Part shown: one piece after another, positions 12,885 to 22,941 of the stretch | Layout of the letters: the number at the start of each line of letters is the position of its first letter | Numbering within the stretch: the first letter of the stretch is position 1 | Origin: Bdellovibrionales bacterium | GTDB taxonomy: Bacteria > Bdellovibrionota > Bdellovibrionia > Bdellovibrionales > UBA1609 | Assembly: GCA_027317865.1 (NCBI GenBank) | Contig: DAHVQG010000006.1 | Coordinates: 110,257 to 174,256 of the forward strand | Direction: 5' to 3' | Length of the DNA stretch: 64,000 nt | Notes under the pieces: model-generated | Told to the model about the DNA's origin: nothing | Database searches by the model: none | What the model saw: the letters and a program-made list of their open reading frames with translations, nothing else | Made by a program: the position numbers and the translations under genes

Positions 12885-13420
12885 TTTATTACCTCATTTC
12901 GTCCATGACTCCGAGACGCCCCCGATACGCTCCAAATTTTAGCTGATTCCACTTCGCGCGTGCAGCAAACAGCAAGTGCCAGAGCATCAGTTGCGTCTAA
13001 ACTTTCGGAACGCAACGAAAACAACCTCTCAATCACCCACTTCACCTGTTCTTTTGCGGCCGCCCCCGTCCCCGTCAGCATTTTTTTTACATGCCGGGTG
13101 GCGTACTCGTAAACCGGCAAATTGTGGGCGCCGGCAACGGCCAAAATGACTCCGCGAGCGTGCCCAAGTTTAAACGCGCTATCGGCGTTTTTTGCCATAA
13201 ACACCTTTTCCACTGCCAATGCATCAGGCTGGAATTGTTCAATTTTCTCCTCAAAAAGTGCCAAAAGCTTACCCAATCGCTGGGGCAGCGGCCCAGTTTC
13301 ACCAAGCGACAGGACCCCGTGCCCTAAGCAGACCGACTCACTCGACTGAGCTTGACGACCGGACGCAACGACCCCCCAACCCGTAAACCTTGATCCTGGA
13401 TCAACCCCTAAAATGATCAT
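12881..13420 (-). CDS. ruvC: Crossover junction endodeoxyribonuclease RuvC
   Basis: ILGVDPGS, LGHARG and DATDALALA motifs; start moved to MIILG. Confidence 0.95.
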   Translation of the reverse strand: MIILGVDPGSRFTGWGVVASGRQAQSSESVCLGHGVLSLGETGPLPQRLGKLLALFEEKIEQFQPDALAVEKVFMAKNADSAFKLGHARGVILAVAGAHNLPVYEYATRHVKKMLTGTGAAAKEQVKWVIERLFSLRSESLDATDALALAVCCTREVESAKIWSVSGASRSHGRNEVIK

Positions 13421-13519
13421 CAAAGCATGCGCACGACCGCTGTAATTTGGCTCGTGCCTCCTCGTGGTCATTAAACACGCTGTTGTATTCGATTTCAACA
13501 AATGCAAAAATACCTAAAG

Positions 13520-14389
13520 ATGACGGACACGAAAAACGCAATCAATCCTGAATTTGTTGAACGGTATCAACGGCTTTACGAGGCTGATCCGAAATCGCGA
13601 CTTTTTGCACCATTGGCTGAAGCTTACCGCAAAATGGGCATGCTCAACGAAGCCCGCGAGATCGCGCAATCAGGCGTGGGCTATCACCCCGAATTTGCCG
13701 GAGGTCGCGTTGCGTTAGGCCGTGTCCTCTACGATTTGGAATTACTTGAAGACGCCTCAAAGGAATTAAAAAAAGCAGTTGAGCTGGCACCCGAAAATAT
13801 TTTGGCGCACCAAATTTTAGCCGACTGTTATCTCAAGCTAAAACAGCCGAAAGAAGCTCTGAAAGCTTACAAAATGCTCCTTTTTTTGAGTCCAGAAAAT
13901 GAAAAGGCGCAAAAAGCAGTCAAGCGACTTGAGTCGGTAACAGCCGACGAATATGACAGCGAAGTTTTCGCGATGAAACCGCTTAAAGAAGCCGTTAAAT
14001 CTTGGTCGGATCTGGATTTGGATTTTTCGGGCGATTCAACTTCAACCGCATCGATTGCCGCGAAGGAAAAAACGCCACAAAAACAAAAATTTTTAGATCG
14101 CGTATTGAGTCTCGCCGACGCCTACATCGTACGAAACGACGTCGACCGGGCACTCGAAACCTTGCAAGAATCGGAACGCCTCTTAGGGCCCGACCCTGAA
14201 ATTATCAAACGGTTACGCTTATTGCACAATCGACAGCTGGATCAAGTGACAATTCCGCGGCCACAGTCGGCCAAGCCCGATCAAATCCCCAATAGAGAAG
14301 AACAACTGCGGACTGAAAAAATTGAGTTCTTGCAAGATTTGCTCGGGCGGATTAAACGAAAATCAGAAGAATTCAATATTCAAAAATAA
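13520..14389 (+). CDS. TPR protein
   Basis: PKSRLFAPLAEAYR...APENILA TPR pattern. Confidence 0.8.
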   Translation: MTDTKNAINPEFVERYQRLYEADPKSRLFAPLAEAYRKMGMLNEAREIAQSGVGYHPEFAGGRVALGRVLYDLELLEDASKELKKAVELAPENILAHQILADCYLKLKQPKEALKAYKMLLFLSPENEKAQKAVKRLESVTADEYDSEVFAMKPLKEAVKSWSDLDLDFSGDSTSTASIAAKEKTPQKQKFLDRVLSLADAYIVRNDVDRALETLQESERLLGPDPEIIKRLRLLHNRQLDQVTIPRPQSAKPDQIPNREEQLRTEKIEFLQDLLGRIKRKSEEFNIQK

Positions 14390-14401
14390 GGATAAATTTT
14401 T

Positions 14402-14968
14402 ATGCACGAAACTAGTGATTTCCGTAAAGGCTTGCATATCCTCATCGATAACGATCCTTACACCATTGTCGATTTTCAACACGTTAAACCGGGCAAAGGC
14501 AACCAATTTACGCGAACTAAATTGCGCAATCTGCTTACGGGCCAAAATCTAGAACGTACATTTAAGTCGGGAGAAAAATTTGGCGTTCCGGACGTTATTT
14601 TCAAAGACATGGACTACCTTTACAAGGACGAAACGGGTTACAATTTTATGGACCCGACAGACTACAACCAAGTTACTTTAAGTTCGGATGTCATCGGTGA
14701 GGCTTCAAAGTTTTTGCTTGATAATATGAAAGTAAAAGTTTGTTTTTTTAACGACCGAGCCGTTGGTCTTGACTTGCCGGTCACGGTTAATCTGCGAGTC
14801 ACCCAGACCGACCCCGGATTCAAAGGCAATACCGTCACGGGCACTTTCAAGCCGGCAACGCTTGAAACAGGCCTTGTTGTGCAAGTCCCGCTTCATACCA
14901 ACGTCGGGGACCTTTTGAAAATTGACACGCGAACGGGCGAGTACAAAGAGCGTGTCAGCATAAAGTGA
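14402..14968 (+). CDS. efp: Elongation factor P
   Basis: HVKPGKG loop; KPATLETG; KIDTRTGEY. Confidence 0.97.
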   Translation: MHETSDFRKGLHILIDNDPYTIVDFQHVKPGKGNQFTRTKLRNLLTGQNLERTFKSGEKFGVPDVIFKDMDYLYKDETGYNFMDPTDYNQVTLSSDVIGEASKFLLDNMKVKVCFFNDRAVGLDLPVTVNLRVTQTDPGFKGNTVTGTFKPATLETGLVVQVPLHTNVGDLLKIDTRTGEYKERVSIK

Positions 14969-14998
14969 CCCTCACGACTCGCGCCTTCGGGAGGAATT

Positions 14999-16081
14999 TT
15001 GTCTGAAGTCTTCGAGCGTGCTATTCGAGATATGCTCCTAGATGAAGGGAACTCCGACCGAGTCGCGGATAACCTGTTGCATCGTTTACGTGCCGAGTCT
15101 CCGGGCTTAAAACAAAGACAGGCGTTTCTAGCATTTATTATAAATTCCGGTAACGCCGAATTTGCCATGGAGTTATACCAACTTTGGTTCGCTGAAAAGC
15201 GCCGCATTCCATTTTACCCGTACTGCTACCTGTTAGCGCAAAGCGGATTTCAACCTCGACCTGAATTTTTCAAGCAGTTAATTGCAGCGCACTCCGCAGC
15301 TGAAGACTCGTCGCCTATAGAATACTTCTCCGCGTGGGAAGCCTCCTGCGATGAACTTCGCCAGATGAAAAAGCAATATTACGACGCCCAAAAAGCCGAT
15401 GCGCGCCATCACTATCAGCAACAGCTTTCAAAATTGGAGTATTTAAAAATTCATCGCATGATCGATGAAGAACGTTCTTTACTTGAGCAACTCATGTTTG
15501 CTTATCCGGACGAAACCGGCTTGCGAAAGCAATATGACGATTTGCAGTCTCGCTGGGCTGATGCCGTAATTGCCCGCAGATCCGGCACAAATAAACCGGA
15601 ACAAGCTCTTGAGCGAATCGATCTCAATTTAACTGCGCTTGAACTCAAAACTTTATCCGCCATTTGTGATGGCTGGCTTGCCGCTGCACGCGATTTTGCG
15701 GCAAAAAGCCAAATTAATATGGTTTATTTCTTGGCGGTAGGGCTCTACATGTTAGAGCTTTATAACCCCGCCATTGAAGCTCTACGGCAAATTGAAAAAG
15801 ACCCGCATTGGCAGCACGCGGCGGATTGGTTGACTCTCGAATGCCTGCTCAAATCGCGCCGATTTGCTGAAGCGCTAGATGCCGTAACAACAATCGAAAA
15901 ACAATATGCAGACGATCCTGAAACTTCCTTTGGCGCAACGTACGCACGCGCGCTGGCGCTCGAAGGATTGGGTCAAAAAGCTGCCGCAGCCGAACTTGTA
16001 CAAAGCATCGTTCAAGTACGACCATCCTACCGTTCGGCTCAAGCGCTGCTCCGCCGGCTTATGGGTAGGAGCACCCCATGA
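14999..16081 (+). CDS. Helical/TPR-like hypothetical protein
   Basis: Long ORF in an operon; C-terminal TPR-like pattern. Confidence 0.65.
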   Translation: MSEVFERAIRDMLLDEGNSDRVADNLLHRLRAESPGLKQRQAFLAFIINSGNAEFAMELYQLWFAEKRRIPFYPYCYLLAQSGFQPRPEFFKQLIAAHSAAEDSSPIEYFSAWEASCDELRQMKKQYYDAQKADARHHYQQQLSKLEYLKIHRMIDEERSLLEQLMFAYPDETGLRKQYDDLQSRWADAVIARRSGTNKPEQALERIDLNLTALELKTLSAICDGWLAAARDFAAKSQINMVYFLAVGLYMLELYNPAIEALRQIEKDPHWQHAADWLTLECLLKSRRFAEALDAVTTIEKQYADDPETSFGATYARALALEGLGQKAAAAELVQSIVQVRPSYRSAQALLRRLMGRSTP

Positions 16082-19000
16082 ATTACCGACACACAATCAA
16101 ACTATCACTTGCTATGGCCGGGCTATTTTTTATGCTCGGATTTTTCTACAAATATCATTTACCTCGAATCGAGCAGTGGCTGCTCGTTGAAATTGAATCG
16201 GTGAGCCAAACTCATTCGCCGGTACGGATCTGGCCAAAGAAATTAGAAATTAACCTCATCCCGATAGGCATCACGCTTAAAGATGTCCGGTTGCTCCCCC
16301 AAAAGAATTTGGCCGGCTATTTAAAACCCACTTCAGTCGGAAAAGTCGAATTACGACTTAATCTTTTTGATTTGCTCGCGGGGCAGATTCACTTTAGCCG
16401 CGTTACCATTGCCGATGCCACTTTTGATTTCAATGTTTCTCAGCGATATACAAAATTCATACTCCCCCATCAAGGGCGACCGAGCTCTCGAAAAAAAATC
16501 CCGTTGAGTCTTGAACGACTCGCTTCGTGGCCTGTTTCAGGTCTTCAACTTCAAAACATAACGTTAAACGCGAAGCTCAGTGACCCCGCGGTTCAGGTTC
16601 ATGTCGCTTCGGTTCGGCTAATGGCCGAAAGTGAATACCGCTCACTCAGAACCAACCTATCGGCACATGACGTGCAAATACAAAAAAATGGCAGCCCGGT
16701 AATTTACCGGGCCAACCTCCGCACTAATTTTTTGCTCGACCGCGAAGGAATATATTTCTCGCGTCTCGAACTCTCGCGCGGGCAATCTTTTGTTTCCGCC
16801 GCCGGAGCCATCGAAGGCAATGTGCTGAGCAGCGAAATCAAGAAAGTCCATGTTGATGTCGAATCAAAAGCGGACATGAAGGATGTTACTAAAATTTTGC
16901 GTGAAACAGATGCCACACGTGTAGTGCCTAAAATGTGGGGCCTCGCAAAAATTGACGGCGGTTTCGATTACAAGCCTCGTCGTCCAATTCACTCATGGTT
17001 TAAAGTTCAAACCGCTCATTTTGGAGTGGATAACATCTTGGTTGGCAATGCGACCTTTCACGGAAAAACGGACGGTTCATCAATACGAATGTGGAGTTCA
17101 AAAATAAAAAATATTTACGGCGAAGTCGACATCCCGCACGCCGCGCTTTCGCTTGATCATGATCAAAATTTAAATTTCGTTCTCAAATCCCAGAATTTCG
17201 ACCTTCAGCAGTTTTTTCGCTCGCTCGATTTGACGGAAATTCCGGTTTACGTTCAAATTCACGGCAATATGCCGTGTTCCGGCCATTTAAAGCCGCCATT
17301 TGAAATTACTTGTAAGGGGTCGGCCGCAGGGCAAAACTTCTCAGTAAACACATCGGTTCAAAAGCCCGCATTTAACGTCGTTCGCTTGAATCATGTGGCG
17401 GCAAATGGCCAAGTGAGTGTCACTCCGACAGGCGTGAGTTATCAGGCCAATCTCCTCATCGGTTCGAAAAAAGGACAACAAAGCCAAGGCGAATCAAGCG
17501 GCCAAATTTCTTTTCTGCACGGGTTTAAGATTCAGTATTCAACTGACAAACTGCAATTTCAAAATGTCGCAAATCTTGCCGGTTTAGATGTTAAAGGGCT
17601 ATTGGCAGTGAAAGGAACCACTCAAGGCAACAGTCAAACAGCGACTATCGATTTAGCCGCAACCGGCGATCATATCGGGCTGTTGAACTATGAAGTCGGA
17701 CGCCCCCAATTTCAAATGCGTTATAAATCCGGCGTTTTGTCGTTCAGCCATATTTTAGGCGTGCTGGGCAAAACCCGCTACGATGGCGAGCTGGCAATTA
17801 ATCTCATAAAAAACCGGATCGAGTTGACCGCCAAATCTCCGTTTTTAGAAGTGAGCGATTTAACTCGTGCGCTTTCGCGGACGTTTAAGCCGCCGATCGC
17901 TTTTTCGGGTACAGGCGATGGTTCGTTGAAATTATGGGGGCCGCTGAAGCTCAATCAACTCTCATACGATCTGGGAACAAATCTTTTTCGCGGCTCAATT
18001 GCCGGCGAGTCGTTCGATCAGCTCACATTCGATGTCAGTTCACGAAACGGCGACATTCAAACGCGAAATGTTAATTTAAAAAAGGGAGGCGGCTCCGTCG
18101 ACCTGATTGGGAGCATGGACCCAAAGGGCCGCTTAAATCTTCGTGCGAACGGCCAGGGTTTTCAAATCGAACAATTCGAGGCTATTTCAAATCTCGGGCT
18201 CAACGTGACCGGCAACGTATCGTTTCAGGCCCATCTCACCGGGCCGATAACCGCACCCACTTTTCGGGCGCACGGCCGGCTAAGCCAGACAACCGTAGGT
18301 AGTCAGCCCGCTGGTGATTCCTATTTTCATCTGCTGGTCGACCCTAAAAAAATTGATTTAGGAGCACAATTACTCGGTAACACTCTCGCCGGTCGATGGC
18401 AAAGAGTTCGCGGCCTAAGCGGCTCAAGCGATTTTCAATTCAATATTTCGAACTGGAACTTTGCGGATTCTCTGTCGGCGCTTTCAGATTCGATTCAGAT
18501 TGGATCGTATGTCACAAAGCTCTCCGCTAACGGCGAGGTTAGCTTTCCGAACCGCGATTGGCGCATGTTTTCCGGTCATCTGACCGTTAACAATTTTGAA
18601 ATGCAAAACGGTGTCACCGAAATGAGTACGAAAAGTCCCATGACACTCACAGCCCGCGACGGCGTTGTGCAGGCAAAAAACTTTCATTTTACCGGAACCG
18701 ACAACACGTTTGTCCGATTGCAATCGGATGCCTCGCAGCCGGGGCAATTGGCACTGAGCCTCAACGGAAATGTCGACCTGAGCTTAATGAGCCTTTTCAC
18801 GCCGTTTTTAAACGATCTTCGCGGAACAAATAGATTTAGTTTATTACTAACCGGCGTCGTGGATCATCCTCATTTTTCAGGGGCATTTGATATCAGAAAC
18901 GCGCTCGTGAAAATCAAAGGTTTTCCGCATGCGTTTGAACAAATGTCTTCTGATATTACTTTCAACAACAACCGAATTTCCATTAATTCTGTAAAGGGAC

Positions 19001-20148
19001 GAATTGCCGGAGGTTTACTGTTGGCAAATGGCCACGTTTCCGTCCTTGGTCCGCTTAATATTCCGGTTTCAATAAATGGCAGCTTCAAAGATTCGCGATT
19101 TGATGTTCCTAAAGGCTTCAAAACTCACGGCAGCGGCGAGTTTTACGTGAGGGGCAGTTGGTTCCCTTATACATTGGGTGTGAATTATGTCGTGGATTCC
19201 GGTTCGATTGAGCCGAAAAACAGTTCGCCCAAAAAAACAGAACCAGTGGTTAAGCCGAGTATTTATTTGCCGAAATTTCTGACAGCGCGACGCTTTTCGC
19301 CGATTAAGCTCGCGATGAACATCAGCATTCCCAATGAGATCCCCGTTCATATGATGATCAGCAGGCTCAATATCCAGTCGCAAATCAGCGGCCAATTACA
19401 TATTGCCGGGACCCCTCAATATCCTTTGTTTACTGGAAACATCGTGGGAGCCAAAGGCGGCAAAGTTGGTTTTCGCGACAATACTTTTGATTTATCGAGT
19501 GCAAAGGTGACCTACCAAAACGCTCCACCTGACGATCCTGTTCTCGAAGTACGCGGCTCGACAAAGTTGACCGCATATTTAAAAAATTCAGAAACCAGGG
19601 ACTTTGACGTGGACTTGGCGGTGCGTGGACCGGCAAAAAACCCGAAGATAATGTTGACCAGCGATCCGCCGCTTTCGCAATCCGATCTTATTTCGCTTTT
19701 GACGCTTGGATTTATCAGCGAAAATCCGCAAGATTTTACGGCGCAAAACCAAATAAACGTGGCCAACCCAAATTCACAACTGGCGAACACCGGTGCGCAA
19801 TTTGGCACAGCTCTTATATCCGACTCGCTCGGGCTAAACAGCATTTTTGAAAAGAAATTAGGTGTGCACCTCAATATTTCGTCATCGTATGACTCAATCG
19901 ACCAGACGACTAAACCCACAATTACAGCAAGTAAACAGTGGAACCCGCGATTTGGCACGACAGTAAGCCGCGAAATTGGTACGGTAAACGTCAACAATTT
20001 TTCGGCTGAATACAAACTGAACAATAACGTTTCGGTTCTTGGCAGCTGGGAGGGGCGACAAATGAGCGGCGCCGACCAATCGCCTCTCGATCAAGAAAAC
20101 AATGACATTTTCGGTCTTGATCTACAATACAAGCGGGAGTTCAAATAA
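16078..20148 (+). CDS. tamB: TamB/AsmA-family translocation and assembly module protein
   Basis: 1356 aa, N-terminal anchor, beta-rich; C-terminal LTSDPPLSQSDLISLL motif; adjacent to an Omp85 gene. Confidence 0.85.
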   Translation: MNYRHTIKLSLAMAGLFFMLGFFYKYHLPRIEQWLLVEIESVSQTHSPVRIWPKKLEINLIPIGITLKDVRLLPQKNLAGYLKPTSVGKVELRLNLFDLLAGQIHFSRVTIADATFDFNVSQRYTKFILPHQGRPSSRKKIPLSLERLASWPVSGLQLQNITLNAKLSDPAVQVHVASVRLMAESEYRSLRTNLSAHDVQIQKNGSPVIYRANLRTNFLLDREGIYFSRLELSRGQSFVSAAGAIEGNVLSSEIKKVHVDVESKADMKDVTKILRETDATRVVPKMWGLAKIDGGFDYKPRRPIHSWFKVQTAHFGVDNILVGNATFHGKTDGSSIRMWSSKIKNIYGEVDIPHAALSLDHDQNLNFVLKSQNFDLQQFFRSLDLTEIPVYVQIHGNMPCSGHLKPPFEITCKGSAAGQNFSVNTSVQKPAFNVVRLNHVAANGQVSVTPTGVSYQANLLIGSKKGQQSQGESSGQISFLHGFKIQYSTDKLQFQNVANLAGLDVKGLLAVKGTTQGNSQTATIDLAATGDHIGLLNYEVGRPQFQMRYKSGVLSFSHILGVLGKTRYDGELAINLIKNRIELTAKSPFLEVSDLTRALSRTFKPPIAFSGTGDGSLKLWGPLKLNQLSYDLGTNLFRGSIAGESFDQLTFDVSSRNGDIQTRNVNLKKGGGSVDLIGSMDPKGRLNLRANGQGFQIEQFEAISNLGLNVTGNVSFQAHLTGPITAPTFRAHGRLSQTTVGSQPAGDSYFHLLVDPKKIDLGAQLLGNTLAGRWQRVRGLSGSSDFQFNISNWNFADSLSALSDSIQIGSYVTKLSANGEVSFPNRDWRMFSGHLTVNNFEMQNGVTEMSTKSPMTLTARDGVVQAKNFHFTGTDNTFVRLQSDASQPGQLALSLNGNVDLSLMSLFTPFLNDLRGTNRFSLLLTGVVDHPHFSGAFDIRNALVKIKGFPHAFEQMSSDITFNNNRISINSVKGRIAGGLLLANGHVSVLGPLNIPVSINGSFKDSRFDVPKGFKTHGSGEFYVRGSWFPYTLGVNYVVDSGSIEPKNSSPKKTEPVVKPSIYLPKFLTARRFSPIKLAMNISIPNEIPVHMMISRLNIQSQISGQLHIAGTPQYPLFTGNIVGAKGGKVGFRDNTFDLSSAKVTYQNAPPDDPVLEVRGSTKLTAYLKNSETRDFDVDLAVRGPAKNPKIMLTSDPPLSQSDLISLLTLGFISENPQDFTAQNQINVANPNSQLANTGAQFGTALISDSLGLNSIFEKKLGVHLNISSSYDSIDQTTKPTITASKQWNPRFGTTVSREIGTVNVNNFSAEYKLNNNVSVLGSWEGRQMSGADQSPLDQENNDIFGLDLQYKREFK

Positions 20149-22941
20149 ATGCGGGGTTCGAGTCGCAAAATATTCATCGCTCTCATTTTGCTGACCGGTT
20201 TTTTTGCCCAGGTCGCGCTTGCCGCTCACGTTCGGTTCGAAGGCGTTACCAAAGCCGACCGTATTTTTTTGGAACAAAAAATCCCCGCTTTGGCGACACC
20301 GCACCCTACCGTATCGGCTCTTGACGAGGCAATTCGCGACCTTATGGAGACGAACCAGTATCAAACCGTTTCGGTATTTAAAAGCGATTCGGGCGCGTAC
20401 ACGCTTGTGGGGTTGATTCTTCGACGTATCGGAGCCATTGAAGTCGGCGGCAATCGTGCGATTTCGAAAACCGATATTCTTCATGCCCTCGGGCTAAAAA
20501 TTGGTATGCGGCTTGATACTGTCCGGCTCGAAAACGCGATTGAGAAGGTTAAAGAATTATACGGCAAGCGCGGGTACTTTAACGCCATTGTCGGTTTTAG
20601 TTTCGCGTACATTAATCCGACGGAAGTAAAACTTTTGGTGAGCGTTCGCGAGCGGCCGCCATGTATTATCACAGATGTTCATTTTCTCTCCAGCAATTCG
20701 CATCTCAATAAAAAATTGCGGCACATCATTCGCGACGACATCAACCGCCCATTTGCCGAAAATACAGTCCTGAACATAGAAAACGACGTAAACGACTATT
20801 TGCGCGGCCATCGTTTTATTAACGCTGTACTTTCTGAAAAAAATGTTAATTACAACGCCGGCCACACAACGGCCGTGTTGAATTACGAAATCAGCGACCC
20901 GTATTCGTATCAACTTTTTATTTACGGTACTAAGTACTATACGGATCGCGATGTCATTCGCGATTTGCATCTCGGCAGCTTCACTCGCGGGAGTCACGAC
21001 CCAGCTCTCGATATTACAAATGAGATTCGGGCAAATTACGTTCGCACCGGCTTTCCGAACGTTAAAATTAGAACGCGGCAACGGGTTTTCAAGCATCCCA
21101 TGATAAAGCGTCTTATCATTCACATCAAAGAGGGCTCGCGCGTTGCGATAGACAAAATTGAAATCCTCGGCCGCATTTCACGGCCGGCGCAATATTACGC
21201 TTCGTTTATCGAAAGCCACAGTTCGAGCATTGTGAGCCGCGGCTATTACGTCAAAGTTGATCTTGACAACGGATTTAAAAATTTAATTACAGAACTGAAT
21301 AATCAAGGTTACTTAAGGGCGAAAATTGTCTCTGATCGGGTGGCTTTTAATAAAAAAGGTACCGAGGTGCGGGTTATCGTGACATTGGACGAAGGCCCGC
21401 TTACCGAATTGACCCACATACAATTCTCAGGAGTGCATGCCTACACTCCCCAAAAACTATTAAAACAAATTTCGCTGCAACCCAATACTCCGCTGCATCT
21501 CAATCATCTTGAAGACAGCATTCACAAACTCATTTCATTTTATGAAAACCACGGCTATCTCGAGATGCGTCTACTCAATGAAAACCAAAATCTCGTGACG
21601 TATTCGCCCGACGGGCTGGCGGCAACCGTGCATTTTGATATTTACGAGGGGCCACAGATTTACGTGAAGTCGATCGACATTGAGGGTAACACGATTACAA
21701 AAGATTTTGTGATCCGCAGGTACCTGACCGTTAAACCGGGCGATCTTTTAACGCCCGCATTGCTCGAAGAAAACCGGCGTTTGCTTGAAGAGACAAATTT
21801 ATTTTCGAGCGTCGACATTCACACGCTTTACGCCGGCACAAAAATTTCTCACCGCCCACTCGCGGTCGTCGTAACGGACCGTAATCCGGGTTTATTTAAA
21901 GTCGGCGTTGGGGTGACCAACAAAAACGGTATTACAGCGCGGGGCCGCGGGGGTATTTCTTATAACAATATCGCCGGCACGGGCCGCGCGGTCAGTTTAT
22001 ACGGGGTTATCGAATCCAGTTTGATTCACCCGAATTGGCTCGAATACGAAGTTGATGCCGGTTACAAAGAACCATTTTTGTTTGACACGCGTTGGATGGG
22101 CCGGATTAACGTCGGCCACTCCGAATATTTGCTCAACATTGCAAACAACCAGCTTCTTGCCACCGATCTCATGACGCTTTCAGCAGAACGTGACATTAAT
22201 TCGCATACCAAATTGACGTGGGTCGCCTGGGGGTTAAATGGTGAATCCGAATACACCATCCCCAGTTTCGGCTCGCGTATTATGGATTACTCAGTCCGCA
22301 TCGCTTATATCGGACCAATCCTCGATATCAACTATACCGACAACCGGTTCTTGCCGTCTGAAGGGAGCTCCGGGCGGTGGGATGCAATTTATGCAGCACC
22401 TGCATTCGGCAGTTCAAACCAGGTCGATTTTTACCGTACTGAAGCGACGGTCGCGCACTATACGCGACTATTCGGTTCAAAAAATTGGGTTTGGTCGAAT
22501 GAAGTGCGCGGCGGCTACGAAAAAAATATCAGCAAAATCCCGGGCAGCGGCGTGCCACTCAGCTACGCATTTTTTCTAGGAGGTTATGACACTCTTGAAG
22601 GTTACAGCGGATACGGCAACGATCGTGACCCGAACGGAGTGGAATTTCCAATTAACCCATCTACCGATCTTTATGTGATCCCGCGATCAAGTGATTATTA
22701 TTTACTTCGATCTGAGATTCGCTATCCGATTTACGGCAGTTTCGGTGGTGTGGTTTTTTACGACGCTGGTGAAGTCGATATTGCCGGCCAGGTTTTTCAT
22801 GATCCGCTCAGGCAAAGCGCCGGTATCGGATTTCGCATTAACACGCCTGTTGGGCCACTCAGCCTCGATTACGGTCAAAAACTGAATCGTCAACCGGGTG
22901 AATCTCCCGGAGCGATTCAGTTATACATTGGAACATTTTAA
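20149..22941 (+). CDS. Omp85 family (BamA/TamA-like) outer membrane protein with POTRA domains
   Basis: POTRA-type repeats; C-terminal FYDAG..GIGFRINTPVGPLSLDYG; terminal Phe. Confidence 0.9.
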   Translation: MRGSSRKIFIALILLTGFFAQVALAAHVRFEGVTKADRIFLEQKIPALATPHPTVSALDEAIRDLMETNQYQTVSVFKSDSGAYTLVGLILRRIGAIEVGGNRAISKTDILHALGLKIGMRLDTVRLENAIEKVKELYGKRGYFNAIVGFSFAYINPTEVKLLVSVRERPPCIITDVHFLSSNSHLNKKLRHIIRDDINRPFAENTVLNIENDVNDYLRGHRFINAVLSEKNVNYNAGHTTAVLNYEISDPYSYQLFIYGTKYYTDRDVIRDLHLGSFTRGSHDPALDITNEIRANYVRTGFPNVKIRTRQRVFKHPMIKRLIIHIKEGSRVAIDKIEILGRISRPAQYYASFIESHSSSIVSRGYYVKVDLDNGFKNLITELNNQGYLRAKIVSDRVAFNKKGTEVRVIVTLDEGPLTELTHIQFSGVHAYTPQKLLKQISLQPNTPLHLNHLEDSIHKLISFYENHGYLEMRLLNENQNLVTYSPDGLAATVHFDIYEGPQIYVKSIDIEGNTITKDFVIRRYLTVKPGDLLTPALLEENRRLLEETNLFSSVDIHTLYAGTKISHRPLAVVVTDRNPGLFKVGVGVTNKNGITARGRGGISYNNIAGTGRAVSLYGVIESSLIHPNWLEYEVDAGYKEPFLFDTRWMGRINVGHSEYLLNIANNQLLATDLMTLSAERDINSHTKLTWVAWGLNGESEYTIPSFGSRIMDYSVRIAYIGPILDINYTDNRFLPSEGSSGRWDAIYAAPAFGSSNQVDFYRTEATVAHYTRLFGSKNWVWSNEVRGGYEKNISKIPGSGVPLSYAFFLGGYDTLEGYSGYGNDRDPNGVEFPINPSTDLYVIPRSSDYYLLRSEIRYPIYGSFGGVVFYDAGEVDIAGQVFHDPLRQSAGIGFRINTPVGPLSLDYGQKLNRQPGESPGAIQLYIGTF

